A stretch of 64,000 bases of DNA from Minisyncoccota bacterium (GCA_041664265.1 JBAYLD010000002.1:35505-99504); one strand, 5' to 3'. Shown: positions 1 to 9,895, counted from the first letter of the stretch. The notes: generated from the sequence alone by a model not told the origin. Translations and numbers: made by a program.

Positions 1-87
1 CTTTGTATCTTCGCCACTGCTCATTTATTTATCAGTCGGATCAGCCATACAAGTACCTAGTTAATCTAGCAGATACCCCAGAAATCG

Positions 88-1299
88 TCAACGCGCTTCG
101 TCAACCACGACCGAGATCGAGGAAGGGTCCTGGGGGAAGGTCTGCCGCCAGAAGGGCCGGAGGATGATAATCGCCCGCTTCACCTCCGGATAGTTGGTGA
201 GCGCCACCTCGGCGGATGAGCGGGTCTCTCCGGCGATGGCAGCCGCGATACGCGCCGAATCGACCGTGTAGATAAGCGACGCGGTGCCAGAGAGGGTAAA
301 CGAAAACGACGGCGCGTCCGGGTCGAGTGTGCCATCGGGAGTGAGCTGGAGGCTATCCGTTGAAGCAAGCGTCAGCGGCTCGCCCTGATAGTTGAGGCCA
401 GCGACCGAGGAGGCGATCGCCTTGGCGAGGGCAGCATTAGGGAAGACGACTGCCGTGATGGTCCCCTGCTCTTTTATATCCGCCTGACCTGTCGTCTCGG
501 AGGGAGTCGTAGAAAGTTCCTGATAGGTAGTGACGGATGCGCCGGGCACGAGTACGTATCCTGCTGGAATCCGCTCCTCTATGCTCGCGACGAGATCGGT
601 ACCGAGAGCAGCGGTGAGAGCCTCCCTCGTCTTTGTTTCAGTCGCGGCATCTACTACCGGCACCGAGCCAGAAGCGCCACCCGTCATCGCTGCCGAGGAG
701 CGAGCATATACCTGGCTCGCTTGCGGCGTTCCGGCGAATCCGGGAACAGTGAAAGAGGTCGGGCCGACGTTATATGAATCCCCCGGCTGGTCGGCAAACG
801 CCTTCGCTGTTATGCTGCCGGGCTTCGCCGTCGTACCGCCCGGTATAGTGACCGGCGCGTGGATGCGGAAGATAAGCCCCGCAGAAGTCGCGAAGCGCGT
901 GTTCGTGACCAGCTTCTGTGCCTGTGTTTGTGTGTTGTAGATAGTGATGTTCCCTGAGGCAGAGGAGGTTACTGTTTTGGTGCCGCTCCCTGTCACGCTC
1001 TGTGACGCGGTCTTCTCCGCGGTGATTATCTCGAACGGCAGCGCACCGGCGCTCTGGCTCGCCGTGAAGGAACTCTGTACCGCAGCAGAGACAGTGTTCG
1101 GCGTGACCTCGACCTTGGCGTTAGAGAAGTAGAAGAGCGCGCCTACCGAGGCGGCGATAACGAGGACAATAACGATGAATGTTAGATAAGGGAACTGGGA
1201 CTTTTGCCGCGGCTCGCGGCCGCTGGGCGGGTTATTGGCTGGTGCTGGTGAGGTCTCTTTACGCCGAGAAGGCGGGACAATGTCATCAAGTGTGCGCAT
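88..1299 (-). CDS. hypothetical membrane-anchored extracytoplasmic protein (N-terminal TM helix, Thr/Ser/Ala-rich)
   Basis: 403-aa ORF; basic N-terminus followed by hydrophobic helix FPYLTFIVIVLVIAASVGALFYF; no recognisable catalytic motif. Confidence 0.45.
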   Translation of the reverse strand: MRTLDDIVPPSRRKETSPAPANNPPSGREPRQKSQFPYLTFIVIVLVIAASVGALFYFSNAKVEVTPNTVSAAVQSSFTASQSAGALPFEIITAEKTASQSVTGSGTKTVTSSASGNITIYNTQTQAQKLVTNTRFATSAGLIFRIHAPVTIPGGTTAKPGSITAKAFADQPGDSYNVGPTSFTVPGFAGTPQASQVYARSSAAMTGGASGSVPVVDAATETKTREALTAALGTDLVASIEERIPAGYVLVPGASVTTYQELSTTPSETTGQADIKEQGTITAVVFPNAALAKAIASSVAGLNYQGEPLTLASTDSLQLTPDGTLDPDAPSFSFTLSGTASLIYTVDSARIAAAIAGETRSSAEVALTNYPEVKRAIIILRPFWRQTFPQDPSSISVVVDEAR

Positions 1300-1350
1300 G
1301 TCTGGGATTATACCACCTCACCCCGCCCTGCAACCCCGCTGTGTAAAAAT

Positions 1351-1373
1351 TCCGTAAGGTGACACCTTACGGA
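1351..1373. repeat. palindrome TCCGTAAGGTGACACCTTACGGA (family B copy) overlapping 3' end of downstream ORF
   Basis: perfect inverted repeat; same GGTGACACC/CCGTAAGG core recurs at 18014-18056 and 60282-60328. Confidence 0.7.
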
Positions 1374-2401
1374 GTGCGATGCTGGAAGTAGAGCGACATG
1401 AGGAGGAGTTCGAGATCGGGAGGCATGGCAGTTGTTTGGCGGACAATGCCGCCGAGATGGCTCGCGAGAACGGGGACGATCTTTGGCGGATCGTCTGAGA
1501 GCCAGAGCTTGCCAAGATCTCCCGCTTCAAGCGCCTGTCGAAAAGCGGCGATCTCTGAATCGCGCGCGAGTAAGAAGATGACGCGCGGCAAGGGGTGCTT
1601 CTCCGCGATAGAGGTGAATTCGCTTATAACCTTGTCTACCCATGAGCGATCGTCGGCATCGTTCGCTATTTCGGCCAAGGCGATAAAAAGGCCCTTGTGT
1701 ACCACCGAGATAGAAATGATGGATCCCGTCGCGTCGAGGATCAGCGCGTCGCGCTCGTGCGGGAAGGCGATGCGCATCGCCTGATACCGCAACGAGCTGC
1801 CGACGATCGAGAGGATGTGCTTGGTATGGAAAATGCCGCGAAGCGTTGCGTTGATACTGCCAGCTATCCTTTCGTCAATGAGCGATGTGAGGACGATAAC
1901 CGAGGCGCGGTGCGCCTTTCTGCCATATGGATCACGCGTCTCATATCCGTTTAAGATGGTGCCGATGATGCTCTCATTAGCGAGTATCTTCCTTGGCGTT
2001 GATGCCCTCGTTTTCTCGAGTGCCGTGGCAACCATGCTTTTGGTGAAGGTGAAGGGGTGATTCCGCTCGAAATTCTCTGTGCGTACGCTGGTCTCTTGCC
2101 AAGGAGTATCGATCGAGACGAGAATAGTGTCGCTGCGGCCGGTCCCGATGGCGCGCATGAGGATCGGCGTGCCCTCGCGGATCATCTCATTGCCAAGTAT
2201 CGCGAGGGCACGCAGCATCGCCTTCTCGTGCAATTCATCCTTTCGAACCTCTATAGGGAGACGGCGGGTGTAGAGCAGTGTCGGCGCTCCCTTCTCTGTA
2301 TAGTGCGCATACGCACCCGCGACCGACCCCACACCGATATTGATCAGTACGACCGGCTCCACGCCTCTCTCATTGTGGAATAGCTTTTGCAAAAAACTCA
2401 T
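1367..2401 (-). CDS. hypothetical protein, possibly actin/ASKHA-fold ATPase (FtsA/PilM-like); assignment weak
   Basis: 344-aa ORF; N-terminal VVLINIGVGSVAGAY resembles phosphate-1 loop of actin-like ATPases; no Walker motifs. Confidence 0.35.
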   Translation of the reverse strand: MSFLQKLFHNERGVEPVVLINIGVGSVAGAYAHYTEKGAPTLLYTRRLPIEVRKDELHEKAMLRALAILGNEMIREGTPILMRAIGTGRSDTILVSIDTPWQETSVRTENFERNHPFTFTKSMVATALEKTRASTPRKILANESIIGTILNGYETRDPYGRKAHRASVIVLTSLIDERIAGSINATLRGIFHTKHILSIVGSSLRYQAMRIAFPHERDALILDATGSIISISVVHKGLFIALAEIANDADDRSWVDKVISEFTSIAEKHPLPRVIFLLARDSEIAAFRQALEAGDLGKLWLSDDPPKIVPVLASHLGGIVRQTTAMPPDLELLLMSLYFQHRTP

Positions 2402-2405
2402 TCAC

Positions 2406-4154
2406 TTATTCTAACACTGCCTTGATACGCCGGACGCCGGCAGAGGACGCTTCTTCTTTCATAATCTTGAAATGACCAAGCTCAGCAGTGTTGTGCACAT
2501 GCGGCCCGCCGCAAAATTCTAGAGATGAACCGATGCGATAGACCGACACCATGTCGGGATATTTTGCACCAAACTCATGCTCAGCCCCGAGTTTCTCAGC
2601 CTCTTCTTTCGGTAGGGTAAGGTGTTCGACCGGCAGTGCCTGCTCAATCTGCTCGTTCACGATCTTCTCCACTTCTGCAATTTGCTCCGGAACCATCTTC
2701 TGTCCGTAGGAGAAATCAATGCGCAGGCGCTCGCCGGTGATATTGCTCCCCCGCTGGTGCACCTCGCTCCCAAGCACTCTTTGGAGCGCATTAAGGAGCA
2801 GGTGGTGCGCGGTGTGGAGCTTGGTGGTCGCCTCGCTCGCATCGGCGAGCCCGCCGGTAAACTTCTGTGCGGCGCCCGATCGCGAGAGCGCCTGATGCTC
2901 CGCCATCTTTGCCCGCACGACATCTATATCAATCGTGATACCGCGTTCTCTGGCGATTTCTTCAGTGAGTTCGATCGGGAATCCGTAGGTGGTGAAGAGC
3001 ATGAATGCATCAACGTTACTTCCCATCTTCTCCAGCTCGCGGAGGCCGTGTGAGAGCGTTTTCCTAAACTGCATTTCTTCTGCACGGAACTCGTCTTCAT
3101 GTCCTCCGGCAATCTCGCCGAGTATCGCCTCTTTAATACTGAGACGATCCATTTCGCGTATTGCGCGACGGATAAGGCGGCGCAGAACATATCCTTGCTC
3201 TGTGTTTGTAGGATGAAGTCCTGCATCAAACATGACGGAAGCCGCACGCACATGGTCCAAAATGATCCTGAACGCCCGAAGTTTGGACATCGTAAGTCCC
3301 GTATCTGATACGGGACTTACGATGTCCCTATATTGCATGCCCGAATGTTTTTCAAGCACCGCGCGCGCGGCATCAAAGGTGTCAATCAGAAAGACGTCAG
3401 AATTATCTCGTGTCGCCGCAGTCAGTCGCTCAAGGCCGCCGCCGAAATCGACGTTTTGTTGCGGGAGTTTGTCGAACGAGCCGCTCCCATTTTTCACATA
3501 CTCCATAAAGACCGAATTGCCGATCTCCATGAAGCGCCCACAATCGCAGTTCGGGTGGCACGTTTCTCCAAAGGCTGGGTCATGTGGCGTACCAAAATCA
3601 AAAAATATTTCAGAATCAGGACCGCCCAGCTCCCCTGCTGGCATCTTGTCAGGCGTACCGGAACGGCTCCACCAATTCTTCTTCGCATCATAAAAATGAA
3701 TGTGATCTTCAGGCACTCCTAATTTTTTCCAAATCTCTGCCGATTCGGTATCTCTTGGTAGATTAAACACTTCATCTCCGGCAAAGCAGGTCACCCAGAG
3801 CCGGTCCTTCGGGAGTTCGAGTTCTGTCGTTAAAAATTCGTAGAGCCACGGCAACTGCTCTTGTTTGAAATAATCCCCGAGCGACCAATTGCCGAGCATT
3901 TCAAAAAAAGTCGTGTGGCGATTGTCACCCACTTCTTCAATATCCTGTGCGCGGAAGCAGGTTTGTGAATTCGCTAATCGCTTCCCCGCCGAGTGCGGCT
4001 GGCCGAGAAGATATGGCACCAGGGGCTGCATGCCGCTGCTAGTGAAGAGCGTCGTCGGGTCGTTCTCGGGCACGATCGGTGCCGAGGGGATAATCGTGTG
4101 CCCTCGCTTGGCGAAAAACTCCAGATAGCGCCTGCGCACCTCGTTGACGGTCAT
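2406..4154 (-). CDS. alaS: alanyl-tRNA synthetase, short form (catalytic + tRNA-recognition + editing domains, lacks C-terminal C-Ala domain)
   Basis: N-terminus FFAKRGHTIIPSAPIVP...TLFTSSGMQ...FRAQDIEEVG; editing HTAHHLL and CGGPHV motifs; 582 aa vs ~870 typical. Confidence 0.85.
   Translation of the reverse strand: MTVNEVRRRYLEFFAKRGHTIIPSAPIVPENDPTTLFTSSGMQPLVPYLLGQPHSAGKRLANSQTCFRAQDIEEVGDNRHTTFFEMLGNWSLGDYFKQEQLPWLYEFLTTELELPKDRLWVTCFAGDEVFNLPRDTESAEIWKKLGVPEDHIHFYDAKKNWWSRSGTPDKMPAGELGGPDSEIFFDFGTPHDPAFGETCHPNCDCGRFMEIGNSVFMEYVKNGSGSFDKLPQQNVDFGGGLERLTAATRDNSDVFLIDTFDAARAVLEKHSGMQYRDIVSPVSDTGLTMSKLRAFRIILDHVRAASVMFDAGLHPTNTEQGYVLRRLIRRAIREMDRLSIKEAILGEIAGGHEDEFRAEEMQFRKTLSHGLRELEKMGSNVDAFMLFTTYGFPIELTEEIARERGITIDIDVVRAKMAEHQALSRSGAAQKFTGGLADASEATTKLHTAHHLLLNALQRVLGSEVHQRGSNITGERLRIDFSYGQKMVPEQIAEVEKIVNEQIEQALPVEHLTLPKEEAEKLGAEHEFGAKYPDMVSVYRIGSSLEFCGGPHVHNTAELGHFKIMKEEASSAGVRRIKAVLE
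3285..3327. repeat. 43-bp palindromic element (family A) inserted in frame in alaS, translated as DIVSPVSDTGLTMSK
   Basis: GGACATCGTAAGTCCCGTATC|GATACGGGACTTACGATGTCC; core also in leuS, uvrA, uvrC. Confidence 0.8.
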
Positions 4155-4216
4155 ATGACCAAAGTATCGTGCCCTGGCATTTTACGCAATGCAAAATAAA
4201 GCGTATATTGCGCATA

Positions 4217-5488
4217 ATGAAATACGACATCCACACACTTAAAAACGGTCTTCGAGTCATCCTTGTGCCCATGAAGGAGGCGGCTACGGCAACCGCGATC
4301 ATTATGACCGGCACGGGCTCACGGTATGAAAATAAGAAAGAAAATGGGCTCGCCCACTTTCTCGAACACATGTTCTTCAAGGGCACAAAAAAACGACCAA
4401 ACGCACAGACTATCAGCAGCGAGCTCGAGGCGATCGGGAGCGTCTATAATGCTTTTACCGCAAAGGATCATACCGCTTATTGGGCTAAGGTGTCGAAACA
4501 GTACCTCGATACGGCGATCGATGTGTTGAGCGATATGTTCCTCAACTCGACACTGGCATCGAAGGAAATCACGAAAGAACGCGGCACCATTATCCAAGAG
4601 ATCGACATGTATGAAGACATGCCGATGAACAACGTGGACAATGTGTTCGAGGAGCTCATCTTCGGTGCGGAGCATCCGCTCGGGCGAACGATTCTTGGGC
4701 CGAAGGAAAATATTCGTACGTTCAGCCGAAAAGATTTTGCAGAATATTTGAAAAGGAACTACACCTCCGAGAACACGGTCGTCTGCATCGCAGGGTCATT
4801 CTCCACCCCGAAGGTGCTTGCAAAAATTCGCCGGGGGTTCGGGCAAATTAAACAAATCAAACAGCCGGCACTCGTGCCGTTTACCGGCGCACAATCTGCG
4901 CCGCGTATCGCGATTAAAGAAAAGAAAACAGACCAAACGCACCTTATGCTTGGCGTGCCCAGTTATCCGTATCTGCATAAAGACGAATATGCGCTCGCGG
5001 TGCTCGCGACTATCCTCGGACAAGGCATGAGCAGTCGCATCTTTATTGAAGTACGTGAAAAACGCGGGCTCGCGTATTCTGTGCGCGCATGGGCGGAGAA
5101 ATATCCCGATACCGGCTATTTCGTCGTGCAGGCAGGTATAGACCACAAGAAGGTACAAAAAGTAGTCGAGACGATCCTTGCTGAATTCAGGAAAATAAAA
5201 CGCGAAAATGTTTCGGCGGCAGAGCTGAAGAAAGCGAAGTCATTTATCAAAGGCACCCTGACGATTTCGCTTGAAACGAGCGACGGAGTTGCCGGCAACG
5301 CGGCTTCATCGCTTATAGCCATCGGCAAGATCCGCACGCTAGAAGAGAGCTTAAGAAATATCGACAAGGTTACCGCCGCTGACATTAAACGCGTTGCGAA
5401 TGACATTTTCCGCACCGAAAAACTGAACCTCGCCATAATCGGCCCGCAATCGCAGAAAGAAAAATTCCTTTCCCTTTTGCGCATCTAG
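4217..5488 (+). CDS. M16-family zinc peptidase (insulinase/pitrilysin-like)
   Basis: HFLEHM inverted zinc-binding HxxEH motif; start chosen at MKYDIHTLKNG (ORF track starts 48 nt earlier). Confidence 0.8.
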   Translation: MKYDIHTLKNGLRVILVPMKEAATATAIIMTGTGSRYENKKENGLAHFLEHMFFKGTKKRPNAQTISSELEAIGSVYNAFTAKDHTAYWAKVSKQYLDTAIDVLSDMFLNSTLASKEITKERGTIIQEIDMYEDMPMNNVDNVFEELIFGAEHPLGRTILGPKENIRTFSRKDFAEYLKRNYTSENTVVCIAGSFSTPKVLAKIRRGFGQIKQIKQPALVPFTGAQSAPRIAIKEKKTDQTHLMLGVPSYPYLHKDEYALAVLATILGQGMSSRIFIEVREKRGLAYSVRAWAEKYPDTGYFVVQAGIDHKKVQKVVETILAEFRKIKRENVSAAELKKAKSFIKGTLTISLETSDGVAGNAASSLIAIGKIRTLEESLRNIDKVTAADIKRVANDIFRTEKLNLAIIGPQSQKEKFLSLLRI

Positions 5489-5533
5489 ATATCCTCTATT
5501 ATCTACGACCGTTACAAATAAGTGAGATTCATT

Positions 5534-6205
5534 CTATATCCAATTGATTGGCGTTTGGCCGCGAGAAGCGAGGTAGGCGTTCGCCTTAGAGAAGTGCTTA
5601 GAGCCGAAGAAGCCAGAGGCGGCGGAGAAGGGCGAGGGGTGCGGCGCTTCGAGGACGAGATGTTTGGTGCGATCAATATGCGCTCCCTTCGCCTTCGCGT
5701 AGTTGCCCCAGAGCATGAAGACGAGATGCTCGCTCTCATCTCCGAGCGTGCGGATTACAGCGTCGGTAAATTGCTCCCAGCCGTGATTTTGATGCGAACC
5801 AGCGTTATGAGCACGAACAGTGAGCGTCGCGTTGAGCAACAAAACGCCCTGTTTTGCCCATCGCGATAGATCGCCGTTATTTTTTGTAGACACCGGGTGT
5901 CCACAATCACTTTCGATCTCTTTGAAGATGTTTTGTAGAGATGGAGGTACGGCAATTTTTTCATCCACTGCAAAAGCCAATCCATTCGCCTGCCCTATTC
6001 CGTGATACGGGTCCTGACCAAGAATCACCACTTTTACCTTATCAAAAGGACACAAGTCGAATGCGCGAAAAATGTTCTTAGGCGCGGGGTACACCTTCCC
6101 TTCTTTGTATTCACTCTTCACAAAGGCCGTGAGCTTTACGAAATATTCCTTTTCAAACTCGCCTCCCAAATGCTTCGCCCATAATGATTCTATCTTTACG
6201 GTCAT
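5534..6205 (-). CDS. ung: uracil-DNA glycosylase, family 1
   Basis: GQDPYH water-activating motif, HPSPFS, WAKQGVLLLN; start at MTVKIESLW with RBS AAAGGAG upstream. Confidence 0.85.
   Translation of the reverse strand: MTVKIESLWAKHLGGEFEKEYFVKLTAFVKSEYKEGKVYPAPKNIFRAFDLCPFDKVKVVILGQDPYHGIGQANGLAFAVDEKIAVPPSLQNIFKEIESDCGHPVSTKNNGDLSRWAKQGVLLLNATLTVRAHNAGSHQNHGWEQFTDAVIRTLGDESEHLVFMLWGNYAKAKGAHIDRTKHLVLEAPHPSPFSAASGFFGSKHFSKANAYLASRGQTPINWI
5885..5905. repeat. palindrome TGTAGACACCGGGTGTCCACA (family C) inside ung
   Basis: near-identical 20-mer at 48831-48851 (intergenic); variant GATGGACACTCCGTGTCCATC at 6215-6235. Confidence 0.7.
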
Positions 6206-6214
6206 ACTCCTTTT

Positions 6215-6235
6215 GATGGACACTCCGTGTCCATC
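6215..6235. repeat. palindrome GATGGACACTCCGTGTCCATC immediately upstream of ung RBS
   Basis: perfect 9-bp arms; lies between nuclease stop (6246) and ung start (6205). Confidence 0.6.
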
Positions 6236-6245
6236 ATTTTTTCGT

Positions 6246-7034
6246 TCATGTTCCTGCATTTTTCTTCTTATTTTCAGTATGTAGAGCGAGCAGTTTCTTC
6301 CCCGCCATGTCGCGGTACTGGCAATAGTCGCAGTCCGGATGTGCGTCGGGTATCGCGTCGCTGTCGAGGCATTTTTTTATATTCAAGAGCGTACGCTCTA
6401 TCCAAGAATCATCGCCCTCGTAGGGTATAAGCGTCAATTCAAAATTAAGGACACCGTCAAACGCCCCCCTGTCTTTGTCGGCATTCGCATAAACGAAATA
6501 GCCGGTGTTAGAAACCTTGAAGCCGCTTCTCCGGAAGAGCCATTGGTAGGTCTCCATCTGGCGCTTGTATCCCTCATGCCAGTCTTCGTCGAGGGATTCT
6601 ATCCGCGCGTCCTTACTGGTCGATTTGTAATCAACAATGATGAGCTCGCCGTCAGGCTTGACCCACACGTCATCTATCGCTCCCGATATCCGGAACCCTG
6701 TCGGCTCATGCGTAATTTCTATGCCTTTAAAGTTCTCGCGCCAGACATTCAGGTTCGCGTGTTCGAAAGGAATAGCGTCGAGCCCATAGGCCTGCATGAG
6801 CGGATGAGTCGTCGCCTCAGCTCGGTGGATATCAAACTCCTTTTTTAGCAGTGCATCAACGGCAGAGTTCAGGCTGAAGGGATAGCCGGGCGGTCGGGCG
6901 GTGCCGAGCTTGTTATCCAGATAAAAGCAACGCGGGCAGTCAATGAATAAGCTTATCTTCGACCGTGAGAGTCGCCAATTACTGCCGCCATAATTCCATC
7001 CGGGATTCCGATCCGGCTTGTAGTATTTGCTCAT
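6246..7034 (-). CDS. Cas4-like / RecB-family PD-(D/E)xK nuclease with 4 Cys (Fe-S), no CRISPR context
   Basis: motifs GAIDDVW, IVDYKST, QMETYQWL; N-terminal CPRC and C-terminal CDYC cysteine pairs. Confidence 0.6.
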   Translation of the reverse strand: MSKYYKPDRNPGWNYGGSNWRLSRSKISLFIDCPRCFYLDNKLGTARPPGYPFSLNSAVDALLKKEFDIHRAEATTHPLMQAYGLDAIPFEHANLNVWRENFKGIEITHEPTGFRISGAIDDVWVKPDGELIIVDYKSTSKDARIESLDEDWHEGYKRQMETYQWLFRRSGFKVSNTGYFVYANADKDRGAFDGVLNFELTLIPYEGDDSWIERTLLNIKKCLDSDAIPDAHPDCDYCQYRDMAGKKLLALHTENKKKNAGT

Positions 7035-7552
7035 GGCGTGGTTTTGAAATACGCGACCACGGATGCGCCGGTGTCAAAATCGACGTAGACGCTATTGACG
7101 GCGAAATCAAAGGTACCGTTTCCGTCATCGCGATACAGTTCAACGGCATATGATCGGCCCGGCTCGGTCGCCCGCAGAAGCTGCACAGGCACGGAGCTAC
7201 GAGGGCCATCTACGCGCGCGGCGCCAAGCACGTTCCCGAGGTTGCCGCTGGTTACCTCGCGCACGGCGACCCAGACACCCGGTGGCGGCACCGTGATCGA
7301 CTCGACCATAACCACGCTACCGGAGGATTGGTCTGCCACGGATACTGCGCCGCTCTTTTCTGTACCAAGGTTGGCGTCTTGTGTGCCGGAAAGAGGAGAG
7401 TCTGCTCCCCGCTGGTCGATAGGCAAAACAGGGAGAGAGAAGTTGCCGCTGAGGAAATAGGAGCCCGCGAGCAAGGCGCCGAGCATGATTCCGGCAACGA
7501 AGGAACCGACCGAGAAGCCGAAGGTACTGGTAGAGAAAGTGTTGCGCGTCAT
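7031..7552 (-). CDS. hypothetical membrane-anchored protein
   Basis: 173-aa ORF, N-terminal TM helix; 4-nt overlaps with both neighbours. Confidence 0.45.
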   Translation of the reverse strand: MTRNTFSTSTFGFSVGSFVAGIMLGALLAGSYFLSGNFSLPVLPIDQRGADSPLSGTQDANLGTEKSGAVSVADQSSGSVVMVESITVPPPGVWVAVREVTSGNLGNVLGAARVDGPRSSVPVQLLRATEPGRSYAVELYRDDGNGTFDFAVNSVYVDFDTGASVVAYFKTTP

Positions 7553-8418
7553 AGAGAAGAGCTGTTGTCCGCAGCACCAGGGAGCTCAAGGAGCCCATCG
7601 GCCTCTGCGAGGAGTTCGCCGATCCTCTCAGGTGACAAATGCAGCACGTCAAGTGCACGACGATCTTTCATAATAGTGTCGACCGCGATCACTCCCTGTT
7701 CGATAAGGAGCCGCTTCTCGGCGTGGGAAATACCGGTCAAGGTGGTGATCGGATACACTTTCGCGCGGCTCATGCGCATGAAGAGGCTGTTATCCGTCGG
7801 ATAGCCCCATCCGAGGAGTTCGACGCCCGCGCATTCGCCATACGCGATGGCTTCAGAGGTGAACTTAGTGTTCGTCACCAAGAGTCCACGGTCGATTGGA
7901 CACACGCGAGCTCCCTCGTTGCAGGAAAAAATGTCCTCGAAGCGGCTCTTCACATACAGGGCGACTTTCAGGTCAGTCTTGTAACTCGGGTCGTTATGAT
8001 ACTTCAACTCGGCGGCGAGATGGACGCCTTGTTCCGGATGCGATGCGTAGAGATCGATCTCGTGCATCACGCATCTTCCTTGCAGCAATTTGCGTGTCTC
8101 GACCTGCCATCCTTCTGCGCGATAGAGGTGTGAGACGAAGTCTTCAAATGGGTGACCGGTAGGCCCGAGCTCAAGAAGCGCACGTCGGAGCGCATAGCGG
8201 GCAGCGATCGGACGAGCCTCTTTGCGCAAGAGTGCGAAGGCGCGTGCATAAATCTCTCGCGAGGGAGCTCCCGGCACGACGGTGCTCGTGATTGCCTCGG
8301 CTATGCGTGCCGCGGTGTGTTCGCCTGCTCCTGCTCGTTTCAGAGAGATACCGAGGCGCACAGGATCAAAGATCTCGCTCGACCCATCGGCCTTAACGAT
8401 AGTTGGGAGAGGCGTCAT
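7549..8418 (-). CDS. ATP-cone domain fused to Mrr-like restriction-endonuclease (PD-(D/E)xK) domain
   Basis: IVKADGSSEIFDPVRLGISLKRAG ATP-cone start; HEIDLYA...AELKYH catalytic D...ExK; GLLVTNTKFTSEA Mrr C-terminal motif; start at MTPLPTIVK gives 4-nt overlap with upstream gene. Confidence 0.55.
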   Translation of the reverse strand: MTPLPTIVKADGSSEIFDPVRLGISLKRAGAGEHTAARIAEAITSTVVPGAPSREIYARAFALLRKEARPIAARYALRRALLELGPTGHPFEDFVSHLYRAEGWQVETRKLLQGRCVMHEIDLYASHPEQGVHLAAELKYHNDPSYKTDLKVALYVKSRFEDIFSCNEGARVCPIDRGLLVTNTKFTSEAIAYGECAGVELLGWGYPTDNSLFMRMSRAKVYPITTLTGISHAEKRLLIEQGVIAVDTIMKDRRALDVLHLSPERIGELLAEADGLLELPGAADNSSSL

Positions 8419-8825
8419 AGTCTGCTTGTCGTCGCTATACTCCCGTTCACTGTCGCGAATATCGGCAAATCGACAGGTGCAGAGATTGTTGCAGAGAATG
8501 TCGCGCGCGTTGGCACCTGCAAGCATACTCCTCCGTCATCTACAAGCGTGAGTGCGACTAAAATGCCGCTCTCTGATCCTTCGCCCGCCAGAGAAGCCTC
8601 GGCACCTACGCTTGTGCAGGCATTTGGGGCCTCGAGTGATCCGGTAATCGTGTGCACCCCTTTTTTAAAAGAATCGCGCAGGGCAACGGATGGCGTGTGT
8701 GTCACTTCGGCGCGCGAGAGTGGCGCCTGGGCAACGTCGCCCGTCCGCGGTACCGAGAATACGAAACTCACGATGAGAAAAAAAACGATGATGGCCGCGG
8801 CGATCCAGAGGCGTGTATGGCTCAT
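8415..8825 (-). CDS. hypothetical small secreted/membrane-anchored protein
   Basis: 136 aa, N-terminal hydrophobic segment LWIAAAIIVFFLIVSFVF. Confidence 0.4.
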   Translation of the reverse strand: MSHTRLWIAAAIIVFFLIVSFVFSVPRTGDVAQAPLSRAEVTHTPSVALRDSFKKGVHTITGSLEAPNACTSVGAEASLAGEGSESGILVALTLVDDGGVCLQVPTRATFSATISAPVDLPIFATVNGSIATTSRL

Positions 8826-9802
8826 GCGACAATAATACCACCACCGGCCAACTCGCCGCTATGACTTGCTTCGCCGGAAGCGCTGACGCGAGGCGAGTAA
8901 AAAACGATCGACTGGCCGGGCGCAGGGATATCGGGCAGCGACTGTGCGGGGATGAAGCAATCCCCTTCAACCCTTCCTTGTATGTGCGGACCGCGATAAC
9001 GGTACTGAGCCTCGGTGACGCGCGCCGACGCGGCAAACCAATTTGCATCGGTGAAGGAGATCTCATGCATCGGCGCGGATCGCGTCCTTGCGGTTCTGAT
9101 CTCTTTTTTTTCAACGTCCTTCCCGATTACATACCACACGTCATTCGATCCTTCTTTTCCGATGCGTTGGCCGATAGTGTACAAAAGCGCCGGGTTAGCA
9201 CTCCCCAATTCACGCAATAAAAATTCTTTGATGGAGACCGCACCGAGGAAGCAGACGCCCTGGCTGTCTTTCTTCTCTGCGACCGGCAGGTTGAATTTTT
9301 TTGCGAGCTTGCGTACGTCTTCTTTCTTCATGTTCCCTACCGGAAACAGTGTTGCGTCCACTATATCCTTGGGCACGGCCCAGAGGAAGTAGCTCTGGTC
9401 CTTTTCGCCCGCGCGATAATGCCCCATCGCGATCGCATCAGCGCCGGCATCCATCGCGAAGCGATAACATGCGCCGAACTTTACCTCCTTATTGCACATC
9501 ACATCGGGATTTGGTGTCCGACCGGAGCGATATTCTTCGAGCAGATATTCAACAACGCTTTTTTTATACTCCGCACTTGCGTCAAAAGTAAGGAATGGGA
9601 TCCGGAGCCGCGCCGCCACCCGCATCGCATCGCGGCGCTCTGTGGCCCAGGTACACGGCATCCCAGGCGGATACCAGCCTTTGATAAACACGCCTGTCAC
9701 GCGTGCGCCAGCCCTCTGCAAGAGCGCGGCAGACACCGCGGAGTCCACGCCTCCAGACAGGCCAACAAACACTTTTTTCCCGCGCACCTCTTTCATCTCC
9801 AT
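8822..9802 (-). CDS. mnmA: tRNA-specific 2-thiouridylase MnmA
   Basis: VFVGLSGGVDSAVSA PP-loop; FIKGWYP; CNKEVKFG; 326 aa. Confidence 0.85.
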   Translation of the reverse strand: MEMKEVRGKKVFVGLSGGVDSAVSAALLQRAGARVTGVFIKGWYPPGMPCTWATERRDAMRVAARLRIPFLTFDASAEYKKSVVEYLLEEYRSGRTPNPDVMCNKEVKFGACYRFAMDAGADAIAMGHYRAGEKDQSYFLWAVPKDIVDATLFPVGNMKKEDVRKLAKKFNLPVAEKKDSQGVCFLGAVSIKEFLLRELGSANPALLYTIGQRIGKEGSNDVWYVIGKDVEKKEIRTARTRSAPMHEISFTDANWFAASARVTEAQYRYRGPHIQGRVEGDCFIPAQSLPDIPAPGQSIVFYSPRVSASGEASHSGELAGGGIIVA

Positions 9803-9825
9803 GCGTGTATGTAACCATGATTTGA

Positions 9826-9854
9826 CTTTATTCGATAGTGTTGATAAGCTATAT
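9826..9854 (+). promoter_or_regulatory. candidate sigma70-type promoter TTGACT-N17-TAAGCT for the NUDIX gene
   Basis: same TTGACT-N17-TAAGCT architecture recurs at 51347-51375. Confidence 0.35.
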
Positions 9855-9895
9855 CCGGATTGAAATAAAAATAAAGATGGAGAAAGGAGGTTCGC

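Noticed and set aside
4169-4216. N-terminal extension of the M16 peptidase (MPWHFTQCKIKRILRI)
   Set aside because: It overlaps the divergent alaS promoter region. The conserved family N-terminus begins at MKYDIHTLKNG, so the start was moved to 4217.
6339-6848. 169-aa plus-strand ORF
   Set aside because: Antisense to the Cas4-like nuclease gene, with no motifs.
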